Source of the DNA: the human T2T-CHM13v2.0 reference genome, Homo sapiens
DNA: 64,000 bases
Direction: 5' to 3' (one strand)
Assembly (NCBI RefSeq): GCF_009914755.1
Contig: NC_060926.1
Positions 1-13,689 of this stretch are shown one piece after another. A program made the translations under genes and the position numbers. Under the pieces are notes generated by a model that saw only the letters and a program-made list of their open reading frames with translations, did not search any database and was not told where the DNA came from. Within the stretch, counting starts at the first letter, position 1. Every line of letters starts with the position of its first letter.

Positions 1-497
1 AAAGGCTTTTCTTTCTATTCAGTAGTTTAACATCCAGCTTTCTTTTTTAGGGCAAAGGAGATAGAAGTGGATGAAATGACAGAGTATTTTTTTAATTGTA
101 CTCTGATTAATGCCAAAAGTGTTCAATCACTATGTGTGGGGAAGTTTCCTGGTACAAAGGAAAAAAAAACAGGTTGTTCATACACTTGGCTGTGTTAGTA
201 AGTGGTAAACAGAATTAAACTTTTCTTATGTGAACTCACACATATGTGCTTCATGTCACTCCTATTTAACATCTCTTTCACACACACAGTCATCCCCCCC
301 ACACATACCCTTTTGCTAGTCTTCTTCCATTTTGCTTATTAACCCAAAGAAAGAAAAAATATGGAAGCCTTCTTGCATAAGTTGCGTTAATCAGATGAAT
401 TATTGAAGCCACTCTGTCTAAATATTATTTTCCCTTATTTTTCCTTCATTAGTTTCCCATTCTGTTGTATTTATTTAATTTTTATTTCATTTTCCAG

Positions 498-565
498 ACC
501 TAAGTCAATGTTAGTCTACCACTGTACGTCTGGTAACCTCAATCCCTGCAACCGGAGCAAAATGT
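498..565 (+). pseudogene. FAR2P3: FAR2-like (fatty acyl-CoA reductase 2) unprocessed pseudogene exon, 68 nt
   Basis: Acceptor tttcattttccag|A at 497/498, donor T|gtaagt at 565/566. Translates PKSMLVYHCTSGNLNPCNRSKM vs recalled FAR2 RPKSTLVYHITSGNMNPCNWHKM. The paralog number is inferred only from position next to GPR148. Confidence 0.85.
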
Positions 566-1119
566 GTAAGTACTTTAGCCATGTAACTGCATAATTACTA
601 GTGTCTGACACAGAGAAAAAATAGACAGTGTGTCATGGAGCTTAGAGCCTACATGGGGAGAAAGACAAAAAGTAAGCAAAGAGGCAAAATAATGAGAAAT
701 TGTAAATGTGTGGTAGTTAACTAGAATGTACTGTGGTTACCAAGGAAAGCAGTCATTGGGAACACATACGTGATTGTAAGCAGTAGGGGGTCCATTGGCT
801 ATAGAGATTTTAAAAAACAATGATGAAATAAAGCAAAAGTTGACAGTTATAAAAAATCTCAGTGATAAAATACTGAAATACTCCTCCCTGCTGGGGCAGT
901 GGGTCCTATACACACCCCTTCCCTTCTTGATATGTCACTAAGAATGCAACGTGATCAATGACCAATGAGATTTAGAAAAGTCGGGTGATGTTATTCCTTC
1001 CTTATTGAGTGTGTAATACTGATCACTAATTTATGCAACTTGTTTCTCTTGGGTGTGCGTTAACTACTCTACTAGTGATTTGTAAAAGTGAATAGGAATC
1101 ACTATGGGAAAATAAAAAC

Positions 1120-1240
1120 AACACGCAGATTCCTTGGACCCTGGGACCAAGGTCTTGGGTGATGCTGAGGAAACTATATTTTTAATAAGCATCTAAATGA
1201 TTCTTGATGCTTGGGGAAATGCTCTTTGAGAAACCCTGTA
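1120..1240. mobile_element. MER5A-like hAT-Charlie MITE fragment
   Basis: cagattccttggaccc...tatatttttaataagcatc...tgattcttgatgc...tttgagaaaccctg resembles MER5A. Confidence 0.45.
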
Positions 1241-2240
1241 CTATACAAATGATTAATTTGTCTGAATGTAAGGGATTTAATCTGGTCAATGTACAAAAAC
1301 CATGGAAATCAATTTGAGTACAACTTAAACATCTAATGATGGTAGAAGATAAAAGTAGGGAGTTTTGCTATTCTGTAGGATTACTTAGTACCTACTAACT
1401 AACGCACCCCTTCTATCCCTGTTACATAGGTACCACTAGCTCTTCATATTCCAATGATAAGTCATGGTACCGCACTGAAAGTTCTATTGCAGGGCAGCTA
1501 GACACTGTGGCTGATTTATATATTGTGACTTTGAATTGGAAAATGCTTTCCAGGAATGAAAAATGCCTGGCATGCCTGTTTCCTCTACCTCTCTCACACC
1601 TATAGCAAACACTGTGGGCTAATAAGACATTGGTTATCCCTGTGCCAAGGCTCTGTTCTAGATTCCCTTCTAACAGCATTTCTGGAAGCTATTACTATTA
1701 ATTTGATGTTGCATTCAAATTAAACTCATTGGTGTTTCCTATCTGGGACTCTTAGGAGGGATAAAAATGCTGCCTACTGGGAGCAGTAGCCATGTTAACA
1801 GGAGGTTGAGCATATATAGTCTCAGGTGATATTACAAGGAGTGATAGACAGCTGGGTGGGTGAACATGGGCTGTCTCTCCATGGAATTGTCTCCTTTAGT
1901 GTCCCTTAAGAAGAGTTTTTGATCTCCTGCATACAGGTCTTAAGCATCTTTTATCAGATTTATACCTAGGGCCTAGGTAATTGATGCTTTTTGTTTGTTT
2001 GTTTTTTTACTAATTTAAATGTGTTTTGTAAAAATATATTTTCTAATTGTTTGTGGATGATGTCAAATGCAATTGATTTTTGTATATTGACCATATATTC
2101 CCCTATCTTGCTAAACTTATTATTGCTAGAAATTGTATAATATTTCCTCATGATTTCCTATGTAGACAGTTATTTAATCTGCAAAAATACCAGTATTATC
2201 CCCATTTTTTCAAGCTTTAGGTCTTTATTTTTCTTGTTGA

Positions 2241-2481
2241 TGGCACCATCTCAGATCACTGCAAGCTCTGCCTCCTGGGTTCACTCCATTCTCCTGCCTC
2301 AGCCTCCCGAGTAGCTGGGACTAGAGGCACCCACCACCATGCCTGGCTAATTTTTGTATTTTTAGTAGAGACAGGGTTTCACCGTGTTAGCCAGGATGGT
2401 CTCAATCTCCTGATCTCATGATCCACTTGCCTTGGCCTTTCAAAGTGCTGGGATTACAGGCGTGAGCCACTGCGCCCAGCC
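2241..2481 (-). mobile_element. Alu (Y-like) lacking 3' end and poly(A), with TSDs
   Basis: Alu reverse complement flanked by TTCTTGTTGA at 2231-2240 and 2482-2491, inside old minus-strand L1-like sequence. Confidence 0.9.
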
Positions 2482-3084
2482 TTCTTGTTGAACTTCTACT
2501 ATAATGGTGAATAAAAATGGCAATAGTACGTATTGTTGTCTTGCTGCTAATTTTAAGCAGAAGACTTCAAATATTAAACTCACCTGCCATTTTTAGGATA
2601 AACCCAACTTGGTCATACCATGTTATCTTTTTTTATATTTTGTTTAATTCAGTTTGCCAATCATATAGTTCCCTTGTTTTTCTGTTCTCTGAAAGTGCTT
2701 GTGTAATAGTGGAGTAATCTATTCCTTGAAAACTTGGGAAAAGCACCTTTAAATTATCTGGATTTATAATTTTTTGTGAGAAGATTTTTTATTGCTTCAG
2801 TGTCTTTAATAGTTAAAGAATTTTGCGGGCTTCATTTTCTGCTGGAATCAGTTTTAGTAAATTATATTTGTCTCTTTTTCTAAGATTTTGTCTGTTTTAA
2901 AATGTATTTACATTCATTTTTTTCATATTCATATTTTTGTCCTAAACTGTATCTGTAATTATGCTTCTTTTTAAATTCATAATATTTGTGTGTCTTCTCT
3001 TTTCTTCTCAGCTAGTCTTCAAAGGTTTTATTTTATTTCTTTTTTTGAAAGAACCAACTTCTTCAGGCTTTATTGACTTTTTTC

Positions 3085-3404
3085 TTTTTTCTTTCTTTCT
3101 TTCTTTTTTTTTTTTTTTGAGATGGAGTCTTGCTCTTGTTGCCCAGGCTGGAGTACAATGGCATGATCTTGGCTTACCACAACCTTTGCCTCCCGAGTTC
3201 AAGCAGTTCTCCTGCCTCAGCCTCCTGAGTAGAGTAGCTGGGATTACAGACACGCACCACCACACCTGGCTAATTTTGTATTTTTAGTAGAGATGGGGTT
3301 CTCCATGTTGGTCAGGCTGGTCTTGAACTCCCAACCTCAGGTGATCCACCCACCTCGGCCTGCAAAAGTGCTAGGATTACAGGCATGAGCCGCCGCACCC
3401 AGCC
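3085..3404 (-). mobile_element. AluS
   Basis: Poly-T followed by full Alu reverse complement. Confidence 0.95.
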
Positions 3405-4486
3405 TATTGACTCTTTATTATGCTGCTTTGTTTTCTATTGCATAGATGTATTGCCTTATGTCTTTTTTCCCCTTCCTTTTGTTTTCTTTGATTATGTTTT
3501 TCTTCTCTTTAACTTAGAAATATAGCCCATGAATATTTGGCTTGTCTAATACATCATTTATGGCTTTATACTTCCCTCAATGCCACTTTGGCTGTATCCC
3601 ACACATTTTGTTGTATGATGTTTATGTTATCATTACTCTCTAATCCTTAAACATTTTTCATTTGAATTTCTTCTTTGACCTTTGAGGATGTAGAGTGCAG
3701 TTTTCAATTGCCAAATTACATTTTCTACATGTGCATGAGTTTCTCCTTGTCCCTCACATCAGAAAGACAGTAGCTTAATGGTTAAAAGTCTTGGGCTTTG
3801 AGATCTAATAGACTTGGATTCAAATCATAGCTCATTCACTCACTCCTGTATTTATTAAATAGACATTATTCTTGGTGCTGAGGATATATCACTAAACAGA
3901 AATCCGTGCTCACATAGATGTTATTTGCGGTATGCATCCTGCAATTTAGTAGACTCCACTACTTATTAGTTGTATCAGTTGGAAAAAGTCTCTCAGTTTC
4001 TCCCTGTAGATGAATTTTTTTATCTGTCAGTGAGAATAATAATTATTCTATTCTAGGGAGCTCTTGGGAGAACGTAGTGAGATAAAGTGCTTAGTACAGT
4101 GGTTAGAACAGTGAACATTTTAGTAAATGCTTGCTATTACCATATGGACAGCTTTCTCAGAAAGCCTTTCCTAACCCAGCCCCACCCCTCCCCTTCCTGG
4201 CACCCAGACAGAGCTAGATGCTTCTTTTGTGTTCCTCCAGAGCGTATTGTACCGGCCTCTAGCAGAATACTCAGGCAAAAGATTGTAATCATGAATTGTC
4301 CACATCTCCCACCAGATTGCCAGTTCTTTAAAGACAAAGAATATATCATATGTAATTTTTTTTTACCTCAGCATCTACCACAGTGCCTGGCAAGTGTTAA
4401 ATGCTGAATAAATATATTTGAAATGACTAAAGGAAGGATTGATACAGATTTAGGAAAAGGAAAGTAAGTGTATTTTGCTGAGATAT

Positions 4487-5500
4487 TTATTCATTCGTTT
4501 AGTCAAAAAATGTTTATTAGGCACTGATTACCTGTCAGCCACTTTTCAAGGTACTGTATAGGTTCAAACAAAACAGGCAAAATTTTGTTATGGTACTTAA
4601 ATCTTAGAAAGGAGAAATATACATCAGATATGGTTGAGTGATTGCAGAAAAATAAAACAGATTAAAGAAGTAAACAGTATTGTGGGAAGGCTGCTATTTG
4701 ATAAGTGATGGCCAAAGAAAGTCTCTCTGATAAGGTGTCATCTTAGTAGAGACCTGAAAGAAGTGAGAGGGCAAATCAGAGGGACACGTGGATGAAATAT
4801 TCCAAGTTGAAGAAACAGTAAGTGCTGAAGTTCTTTAATAATATTCAAGGACAGCAAGGAGGCCAATATGGCTGCAGCAGAAGCACTGAGAGGGAGAGCG
4901 GTAAGAGGTGAAGTCAGAGTGGTGGGCAGAGAGAGTGAGGATGCAGAGAGTGCAAGCCCTTGCAGACCATGGCTTTGCCTCTAAATGAGAAGAGATTCCG
5001 TTGAAGGGCTCTGAAAGGGGAAGTTCCTGTAATACACTCTGAGTTACATTTTACAAGAATCCCTCTGGCTGCTACATGGAGGTCCAACTAGGGTTACAGG
5101 GGTAGTGGCAGAGACCACTTAGGACAGTATTGCAACATTCCAGGCTACAGTAGTGGTTTGGATCAGAGAGATAGCAGGTGGAAATTATGATTCTGGGTAT
5201 TTTTCAAACAGAGAGCTGATAGATTTTGTTCAATTGTGTGTGGGTTGTTAAAGAGAGAGAAGAATCAAGGATAACCCCAAAGTTTTTGGCTGAACTACTA
5301 AACAAATTGAATTAGCATTTGGTTAGAGGTAGAAGACTGGTGAAATAGCAAGTTTGTGTATGTATTGGGAGGGGGGTGGTTAGCAGTGGGTGTATCAGGA
5401 GGCCCATTTTAGAGCTGTTAAATGTGAATGTCTCTTACACCTCCAGGTGGAAATGTTGAACAAGTATATGGATATATAGATCAGAACATCAGTGTTGAGA
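4487..5500 (-). mobile_element. L2 LINE remnant
   Basis: tattcattcgtttagtcaaaaaatgtttattaggcac is the reverse complement of an L2 3' end, followed by L2-like body. Right edge approximate. Confidence 0.65.
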
Positions 5501-6409
5501 TCAGAATCTCTTATGCTATCAACCTGTACATAACTTTTTTATTTACCACCATCTTTTTAAAGTATAAATCCCTATGGAACAGATGATTCTTAAGAATCTT
5601 CTCTGAAGAGGAGTTATATTTTTCAGATAGATTTTTAGCTGGCATTTTTTTAAGTAGGGCAATAATCGTATTACTATAATAACTGACATCATAATTGAAT
5701 AATGAGCTTAGGCATATGCTTTGCAAAAACCTACATACCTTAAATAAAATTGAATTCAAATGAGTATCTTTTCAAAAGAACTACTGAATTCACAAATGTA
5801 CATAAAAAGTTCTTAATTAAGCTTAATCTAAGTATTAATATAAAAAGAAAAACACTATTATGAATAAAACCCTGGATACCAGAGTGGACAACTGAGTCTG
5901 ACATATTCCCAGAGAAATATTTAAAGTAAGCTAACACAAGAAAATCTTGCCTTTAGAATTTTTAAGTTAAACTTTTAATAAAGATTCAAATAAAACATTA
6001 AGAAACTTTCTAAATGGTTCTGAAAGTAATGGTCCAGCCAGGGAAATAAAGTTTCTAGCCTGTGTCTTGGGGCTTTCAGAATAGACTAGATAACCTTAGA
6101 ATTAAATGTGGATTTATGTTTTTCTGAAGAGTACCCCCTTTTGTTGACTACATGTGTTTCCCCAAGAATTTGTTGTAGAGTAGATGTTTCAAATAAAGGG
6201 TCCAATTCTTAACCCATTCACATTGTTTCATTTTGCAGATAACCACTTGCCTAGCATAAAAATCTTTACGTTGTTCTCAGAAATTGATTCTTGACTCTAC
6301 ACAGCAAATCCTTCATCTTTATTGTTGTGACCCATTATAAATACCTTCCAGTGTGATGGGCTTATATTCTCCTATTCTCCTCTATCACTTACTCTCTTTT
6401 TTTCCCCAG

Positions 6410-6584
6410 GATTCCAGGTCTTGGCAACCTTTGAAATTCCAATTCCATTTGCAAGAGCTTTGAGGAGGCCATATGCTGATTTCACCACAAGCAACTTCAC
6501 AACCCAGTACTGGAATGCCATCAGCCAGCAGGCCCCTGCCATTATCTGTGACTTCTATCTGTGGCTCATTGGAAGGAAACCCAG
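6410..6584 (+). pseudogene. FAR2P3: Next FAR2-like pseudogene exon, 175 nt
   Basis: Acceptor ctcttttttttccccag|G, donor CCAG|gtgaga. Translates FQVLATFEIPIPFARALRRPYADFTTSNFTTQYWNAISQQAPAIICDFYLWLIGRKPR vs recalled FAR2 [57 protein letters not shown]. Confidence 0.9.
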
Positions 6585-6705
6585 GTGAGAAGCTGAGTCA
6601 ATGGCTTTGAGAATGTCACTGCATATGGGAGATTGAGGCCCCAAAGTCTTTAGGGCTTCCTTCAGCCAAAGATTAAAGGAGACAACTGAATCTGACCCAT
6701 ATATA

Positions 6706-7072
6706 CAGATTGAACACACCTACTCTGAAAATCCAAAATCTGAAATTCTCCAAAATCCAAAAAGTTTTGAGTGCTGACATGATGCCACAAGTGGAAAATT
6801 CCACACATCTTACCTCATGTGATGGGTCACAGTCAAAACACATTCAAAACTTTGTTTCATGCATAAAATTATTTAAAATATTGTATAAGATTACCTTCAG
6901 GTTATGTGTATGTGGCTAAGTGTGTATGAAATGTAAGTGAATTTTGTGTTTAGATATGGGTCCCATTCCCAAGATACCTCATTGCATTGAAGCAAATATT
7001 CCAAAATCTGAAAACAGTTGAAACCCAACACACTTCTGACCCAAGCATTTCAGATAAAGGATACTCAATCTG
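6706..7072 (+). mobile_element. Tigger4b/MER46-type DNA transposon MITE
   Basis: TIRs CAGATTGA...TCAATCTG, TA at left flank, characteristic aaaatccaaaatctgaaattctccaaaatcc. Confidence 0.8.
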
Positions 7073-8881
7073 TGTAAGTTTTGAACAAACAAAGCAGTCA
7101 TAGTGAGAAGCCACAGAAGCCTCCTACATTAAAAATACTCCAGCATAATAAAGGAAGGTAAATGTTAAAGCGCCTGCTTGATGAATTCAGCAAGTGATCA
7201 TTCACACAAAAAGAAAACCAACTGAGACGCTGTCACTAGGGTTTTTCAAATAGGTAGAGAATCTTAAATATCCAGTAATGATGACAACCTCACTTACTGG
7301 GAGCTTACTCGTGGGGCTAAGGAGGATGCGTGATGATCCCATTTTTATTGTCACAGCTACCGAAGGAAGATACCCTCATCAACCCAATTTTACAAATGGA
7401 GAAATAGAAGCTCAGGGAAGAATCTGAAGTAGTCTCAAAGGAAGTGACAGGAAGGATGTGGAGAAAGCTGAGTGTCAAAGTCAGTATTCAGGACCGGCTT
7501 TACTGCTACTTAGAGATGAATGAAGAAATCAGAGGGAACGCAGTGTGCTGATGCTAAAGCGGCTGTCACCACCCAGCTGTGTGACATAGGACATCTTCTT
7601 TCTCTGTCTCACTTGAATAATATGATGTGTCAGAGGAGACATGATTGTAATTGCCTAAAGCAATTCTTGTGATCAAGAATCAGAAGCATGAACAGTATTG
7701 CCCTCTGTGTTAGCCCCTTTATAAGGGAGGAAGTCATCTTCAGCATGCTGAATTGTCATCTTTCTTAGCAGTGCAAATGACTAAAACTTAGCCAATGTAG
7801 AGTTTGTCCAAATTTGGAGCTCATAACTCAGTTCTTGAGCAAAGTGAAAAGAAAACATTGTGATTATGGGGAAAATATTTGTACGGGACTTATCAAATAA
7901 AGATAGGAAAAGAAGAAAACTCAAATATTATAGGCAGAAATGCTAAAGGTTTTAAAATATGTCAGGATTGGAAGAAGGCATGGATAAAGAACAAAGTTCA
8001 GTTAGGAAAGAGAAACACAGAAGGAAGAGACACAATAAAAGTCATTATGTATTCTGTGAGAAGTCAGACAGTAAGATTTGTGGGAAATGGGTTGGTTTGT
8101 TGTATGGTATGTATTTTAGCAATAATCTTTATGGCAGAGAAAGCTAAAATCCTTTAGCTTGCGTGAATGATCACTTGCTGAATTCCTCAAGGTAGGCATG
8201 ATGAAGGAGGGTTTAGAGGAGACACAGACACAATGAACTGACCTAGATAGAAAGCCTTAGTATACTCAGCTAGGAATAGTGATTCTGAGGGCACACTGTG
8301 ACATGATTATGTCATTACATGTATGGTAGTGATGGGGATGATAGAAGGAAGAACTTATGGCATATTTTCACCCCCACAAAAGTCAGTTAAATATTGGGAC
8401 ACTAACCATCCAGGTCAAGAAAAGTCACATGCCATAGCCATGGTATTGCACATCATTCATCTTGCATTCTTTGAGAATAAGAAGATCAGTAAATAGTTCA
8501 GAAGTGGGAAGCTTTGTCCAGGCCTGTGTGTGAACCCAATGTTTTGTTTAGAAATAGAACAAGTAAGTTCATTGCTATAGCATAACACAAAATTTGCATA
8601 AGTGGTGGTCAGCAAATCCTTGAATGCTGCTTAATGTGAGAGGTTGGTAAAATCCTTTGTGCAACACTCTAACTCCCTGAATGTTTTGCTGTGCTGGGAC
8701 CTGTGCATGCCAGACAAGGCCAAGCTGGCTGAAAGAGCAACCAGCCACCTCTGCAACCTGCCACCTCCTGCTGGCAGGATTTGTTTTTGCATCCTGTGAA
8801 GAGCCAAGGAGGCACCAGGGCATAAGTCTACTCACTTATATCTGTTTGTCTGGAACATAACCCATGTTTGTTTTTACAACA

Positions 8882-8903
8882 AATAAAATTGATCTTGAAT
8901 AAA
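8882..8903 (+). terminator. Tandem AATAAA poly(A) signals, candidate 3' end of the FAR2P transcript
   Basis: AATAAA at 8882-8887 and 8898-8903 followed by GT-rich gtgagtggtcgttgtc. Confidence 0.4.
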
Positions 8904-11334
8904 AAGTGAGTGGTCGTTGTCATTAATCTTTGAACCCAGATTAACCTTTTGGTCATGCCTAGTCTAAGAGAAAAGACATATTCTTATCAATAAATACAGA
9001 GCCCAGCTATGTCAGTGAAGATCTCAAGTGCATGGACAGTAGTATAGGGAAGAGTCAGAGGCCAAAAAGACAGGAATGGCAGACATTGAACAGAGGAGAG
9101 TGTGGTGTTTGCCTCTGCATCAACTGAGATTATGGAAGAACACCTGAGGCTTGGGGAGAGCACCTACAAGATACCAATAAAGCATTCTAAGAACATCTAT
9201 GAAGTGAGAAAATTTGAATTACTGTTGTTCTTGTGGTTATGATTGTATTTATGGTTGTTACTTCATTCGTATTAATCACCTATGTGCCCAAGTGTAATCA
9301 TGAAGTTAGATTTTTCCCAGTTTTTTTTATTAGACTCAAGAATTCCCATAGACAAAGGCAATATCACTATCCTATTCATACATTTCTTGTCTCAGTTCTG
9401 CAGAGCCAAAATGTAGAGTCCAATGCAATAAAGGCTGACTTGGATTATCTAACTGGTACATGAGGCCCCGTGTGGTAGTTTACTCCAGAGGAAATTGGCA
9501 CTTGCATATAATTGTAGTTAAGTTGATCCCTTGATATCAGAAAAGTTTCTGCTATGCAGTCCTTTTTGATGATTTCTTAATATATATCCTCATTTTAGAT
9601 AGTAGCAGTGGCCATAGATGTACTTGGCAGCAGAGTATTACAGATGGTAAAGCTTGAATCTGCGTTTTAGTAGCAAGAGCATTTGGAGTCTTGTGCTTCC
9701 CTTGTAGACATCTTCTTCACATCTACAGCCTATCTTTCGTCTACTGTTGTTACTGCTACTAGTTCCATAGACATTCTAATTTTCACTTGGGATATAATTT
9801 TTGTTATTTGTAAGCTCCCCCTTCTTTTTCATTTTTTCACTCCATTTCAGACTGTTCTAAAATCAGAAAGGAAATTCTCCTCCATGAGCATGTATATGTT
9901 TTTGGCTCTTGGAACTTGAGATGGTGCAAGTAAAGTACAAGGACATTTTCCAGATAAGTCATGTGAAGTGATTTACATTTCATAATATGATCATTTCTGA
10001 TTGATCTTATCTATTAAGACCACCCATAGAGATGGCTGTAAAGAATTAAGAACATCAAACAATGTCAAGTTGTTCATTGCATGTATTTCAGAACATTGCC
10101 AAGATAAAGCCAGGTGGAGTCATTAATTTCACCAGCTGGTTATTTCCTTGCTGCAGTACCAAAGATTGTTATTTTAGAATTAAAACCTCTGGTTTTTCTA
10201 ACTCATCTTTCATTGTTGATCATGGCAAGTGAATAATTAGTGAATGTATATGTTTGGGTTATGAGGAATTTAAAACACACCCTAAGAGTTGTAATGTTGA
10301 TTGCTTTTAAATGTTGTAATGGTTTTGAGAGTGTCTGCTAATGATTCCTTAATTACATACTTGCTTTTCTTAGAAAATCAACTCATTTCATTATTAGTGA
10401 TTAATTTTCTCTTAAATATTTAACTTTATATTTTAATAATCACTATGCCTGGGATTCCATTAGATATTTGAAAAGACCAAGTTTAATTTTTTTACCCAGG
10501 TAACATATACAATGGCTGAAGATTTGTGTTCTTTGATCTCACAATTTAAAAAAATACACATTAAGCACCATGGAAATCCCAGCAACTTCAGCAAGAAAGA
10601 GTCTTTGTTCCACAGTTTCTTTGCTTGATAAATACGTGGAATAAAATAAATGGAATATCTTAATTCAGTTTTTGCTTCATGAGACTGGTTGAGTGAACAT
10701 AGGCCTAGTGCTTTGAAAATAGGCCTATTGTAGAAGATTGATATTCTAGTAGCCTAAAGAGAATCCATTTCTTATAAGAATATATATATTTTGGAAAATG
10801 TGGTATTTCTCAGAAAACTACTGAAATGAATTATGTATCTTTTCTATCTTTATCTTTACTTCTATTACTTTCAAAGATCTAAAGGTTTCACTTGAAAATT
10901 AGTCTTTTGGAAAAAAAAGACATTGAAACTAGTGTTAAATTAATTTCATTGAGGTAATGAATATGAAGATTCATTTGCTGTAATCTCCTTGTGATCTTTT
11001 AGTTTCTTGTGCTTTTAAAAATAACAATATAATGGTCTATATGTTTATCAGTTTTTACAATAATTTGTCTAAACTTCGCTTATACCAGTGTGCATGAAGA
11101 ACCAAGTGCAGTCTGAATTAGCACAATGCAAACAGAAAACCGACCTTTTATTTTCCTCACAAAATTAATATAAACCTTATGTAAAAGAATTTTTAGGTGC
11201 TTGTAAATTAATAACAAAATCATACATAATGTCAGTGGAGGAGAAAAGTTAAGGATTTTATATTGCAGTAAAATGCATTTCTAAATTTACTTAGTATTGT
11301 TATAAAACATATTCTTGAATATTGTATCAGAGTT

Positions 11335-12101
11335 TATCACCACTACTGAAGTCAAAATAAAGATGGATCTCTAAAGTATGCAATTTATTTGGGAATCACA
11401 GAATTGTAGTTCTGAACAAAACTGAAAACCACGGTGGTCTTCTATATGTGTGAAGGACAAAGAGAAGATTGGGGGTTTACTAGCGAGGGAAATGCTACAT
11501 ATTGTTTTGAAAGAAAGCTCACAGACACTAGAGAAGAATTTGGGAGCTGGTCAAACAAGCCTAATGGGAGACAAATCTTTTGAGACTTCCCAGGATCCCA
11601 ACTAGAAAATCCCTTAGTCAATTTTAGGTGAAAAAGAGTTAAATTTGAATTTGATTCTGGGGAAGTTTGTCATTTGTTTGGATTCAAAAAGCCTAAAAAT
11701 ATTTAATTAAAGTAGAATTACATATCCTTGAGAGATAATGGTCACTTATTTAACCAGAGTAATAATGGAAAGACTTCAAAAACAAATTCAAAAGTTACAT
11801 AGTCAAGAGAAAAAAAATAGTTAGACCTGTATTAGAGATGACTTAGTTTTTTCAGGTGGTCAAAACCCGAATAAAGACAGCCCAAACCACAGGAAGCTAT
11901 CTTGAAACATAAAATACCTGCTTATTAGGTGGATTACTTAGAGAGAGAGAAAAAAAACCTTTTGTAGTATGACCATTTCTCTTGGTATATGCCCTTTTGA
12001 GTAAGCTGGAAATTAAACCCCATGAAAAACTACTTTAATTCAATTAGACACTGGAAGAGTGTGTGTCTAAGGTTATAAGTAAACCATATTATAGGATAAT
12101 A

Positions 12102-12141
<40 letters not shown>

Positions 12142-12565
12142 GTAGTACCTCCACCAGGTGGAATGGATGGCTTTTAGAAAAAGTAAGAGCATGTGAAATT
12201 TCCTGGTTACATAGAACAATTTGGATACATCAGGAAAAGCCGAGTACAGAATTCGTCTATACTGGAAAAACATTGTTTTTCCAGTTTTTTTGAGGCAAAC
12301 ATTCTCAGTGTCAGGTTATAATACCAGAGTGCGAAGTGGGGAAAAATGCAATAGGAACTGACAAAAAAAAAGAAAAAAAAAGAAAATGAGAGAGAGAGTC
12401 ACCACTCACCACACAAAAAGATGTAATGTTTTAAGGAGAGAAGTAAGAGCAGAAGGCATGGATGTATTAACTGCAAATTACATGTAGTGAGATGCATAAA
12501 AAGCCAAACCCTTGAGATAAAAATCTGAAAAACTTTAAGAGGAAAACTCCACCTCCTGAAATGAA
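11335..12565 (-). mobile_element. ERV1 (MER4-group) LTR/internal remnant
   Basis: Motifs such as aatttcctggttacatagaacaatttggatacatcaggaaaagcc resemble MER4-group internal sequence; subfamily not resolved. Confidence 0.45.
12104..12139 (+). repeat. (CA)n microsatellite
   Basis: Uninterrupted CA run. Confidence 0.97.
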
Positions 12566-12571
12566 GCGATC

Positions 12572-13361
12572 ATTTATTTTTCTTTATTGCTGCTTCTAAA
12601 AAGAAGATACATGTACAGAATGTGCAGGTTTGTTGTATAGGTATACGTGTGCCATGGTGGTTTGCTGCACCTATTGACCCGTCCTCTAAGTTCCCTCCCC
12701 TCACCCCCATATCCCCCAGCAGACCATGGTGTATGTTGTTCCCCTCTCTGTGTCCATGTGTTCTCAATGTTCAACTCCCACTGAATGAGTACATGCAGTG
12801 TCTGGTTTTCTGTTCTTGTGTTTGTTTGCCAAGGATGATGGCTTCCAGTTTCACCCATGTCCCTGCAAAGGACGTGCTCTCATTCATTTTTCATGGCTGC
12901 ATAGTATTCCATGGTGTATATGTAACACATTTTCTTTATCCAGTCTATTGTTGATGGGCATTTGGGTTGGTTCCAGTCTTTGCTATTGTAAATTGTGCTG
13001 CAATAAGTAGAATGATTTATATTCCTTTGGGTATATACCCAGTAATGGGATTGCAGGGTCAAATGGTATTTCTGGTTTTAGATACATGGGGAATCACCAT
13101 GCTGTCTTCCACAATGATTAAACTAATGTATATCCTCACCAACAGTGTAAAAGCATTCCTATTTCTCCACAGCCTCACCAGCATCTATTGTATCCTGACT
13201 CTTTTAAATAATCACCATTCTGACTGGCATGAGATGGTCTCTCATTGTGGTTTTGATTTGCATTTCTCTGATGATCAGTGATGTTGAGCTTTCTTTCATA
13301 TGTTTGTTGGCCAACTTCCTTTGAGAAGTGTCTGTTCATATCCTTTGCCCACTTTTTAATG
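12572..13361 (-). mobile_element. L1PA (older subfamily) 3' end, 5'-truncated
   Basis: L1 3'UTR reverse complement; ORF2 C-terminal remnants ([31 protein letters not shown]). Confidence 0.93.
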
Positions 13362-13689
13362 ATATTGCTCATATTAATTTTGAAATGACTGAAAATTCAA
13401 AATAAAGACAATAAAGATAAAATTATATTTTTTAAGTTACAGGTATGAAGTATTTTTGAAAGGAAAGAAACCTCCAGATTATATATATATACATATGTGT
13501 ATATATTTATATGCATATGTGTGTATATATGTATTTGTATATATAATATATAGATATTGTTTTCAACAAAAAAATTATTAGAGCCGAAGTAGTACCATCT
13601 TGAGATGTTTTTATTCAGCTTGGTATCTAAAATCATTTAGGTGACTCATTCCCATGTTTGGAAAATTTTTAAAATTTGTTGTCTACATC

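Noticed and set aside
8822-8839. ATAAGT-ctactc-ACTTAT mini-hairpin
   Set aside because: A 6-bp stem is expected by chance.
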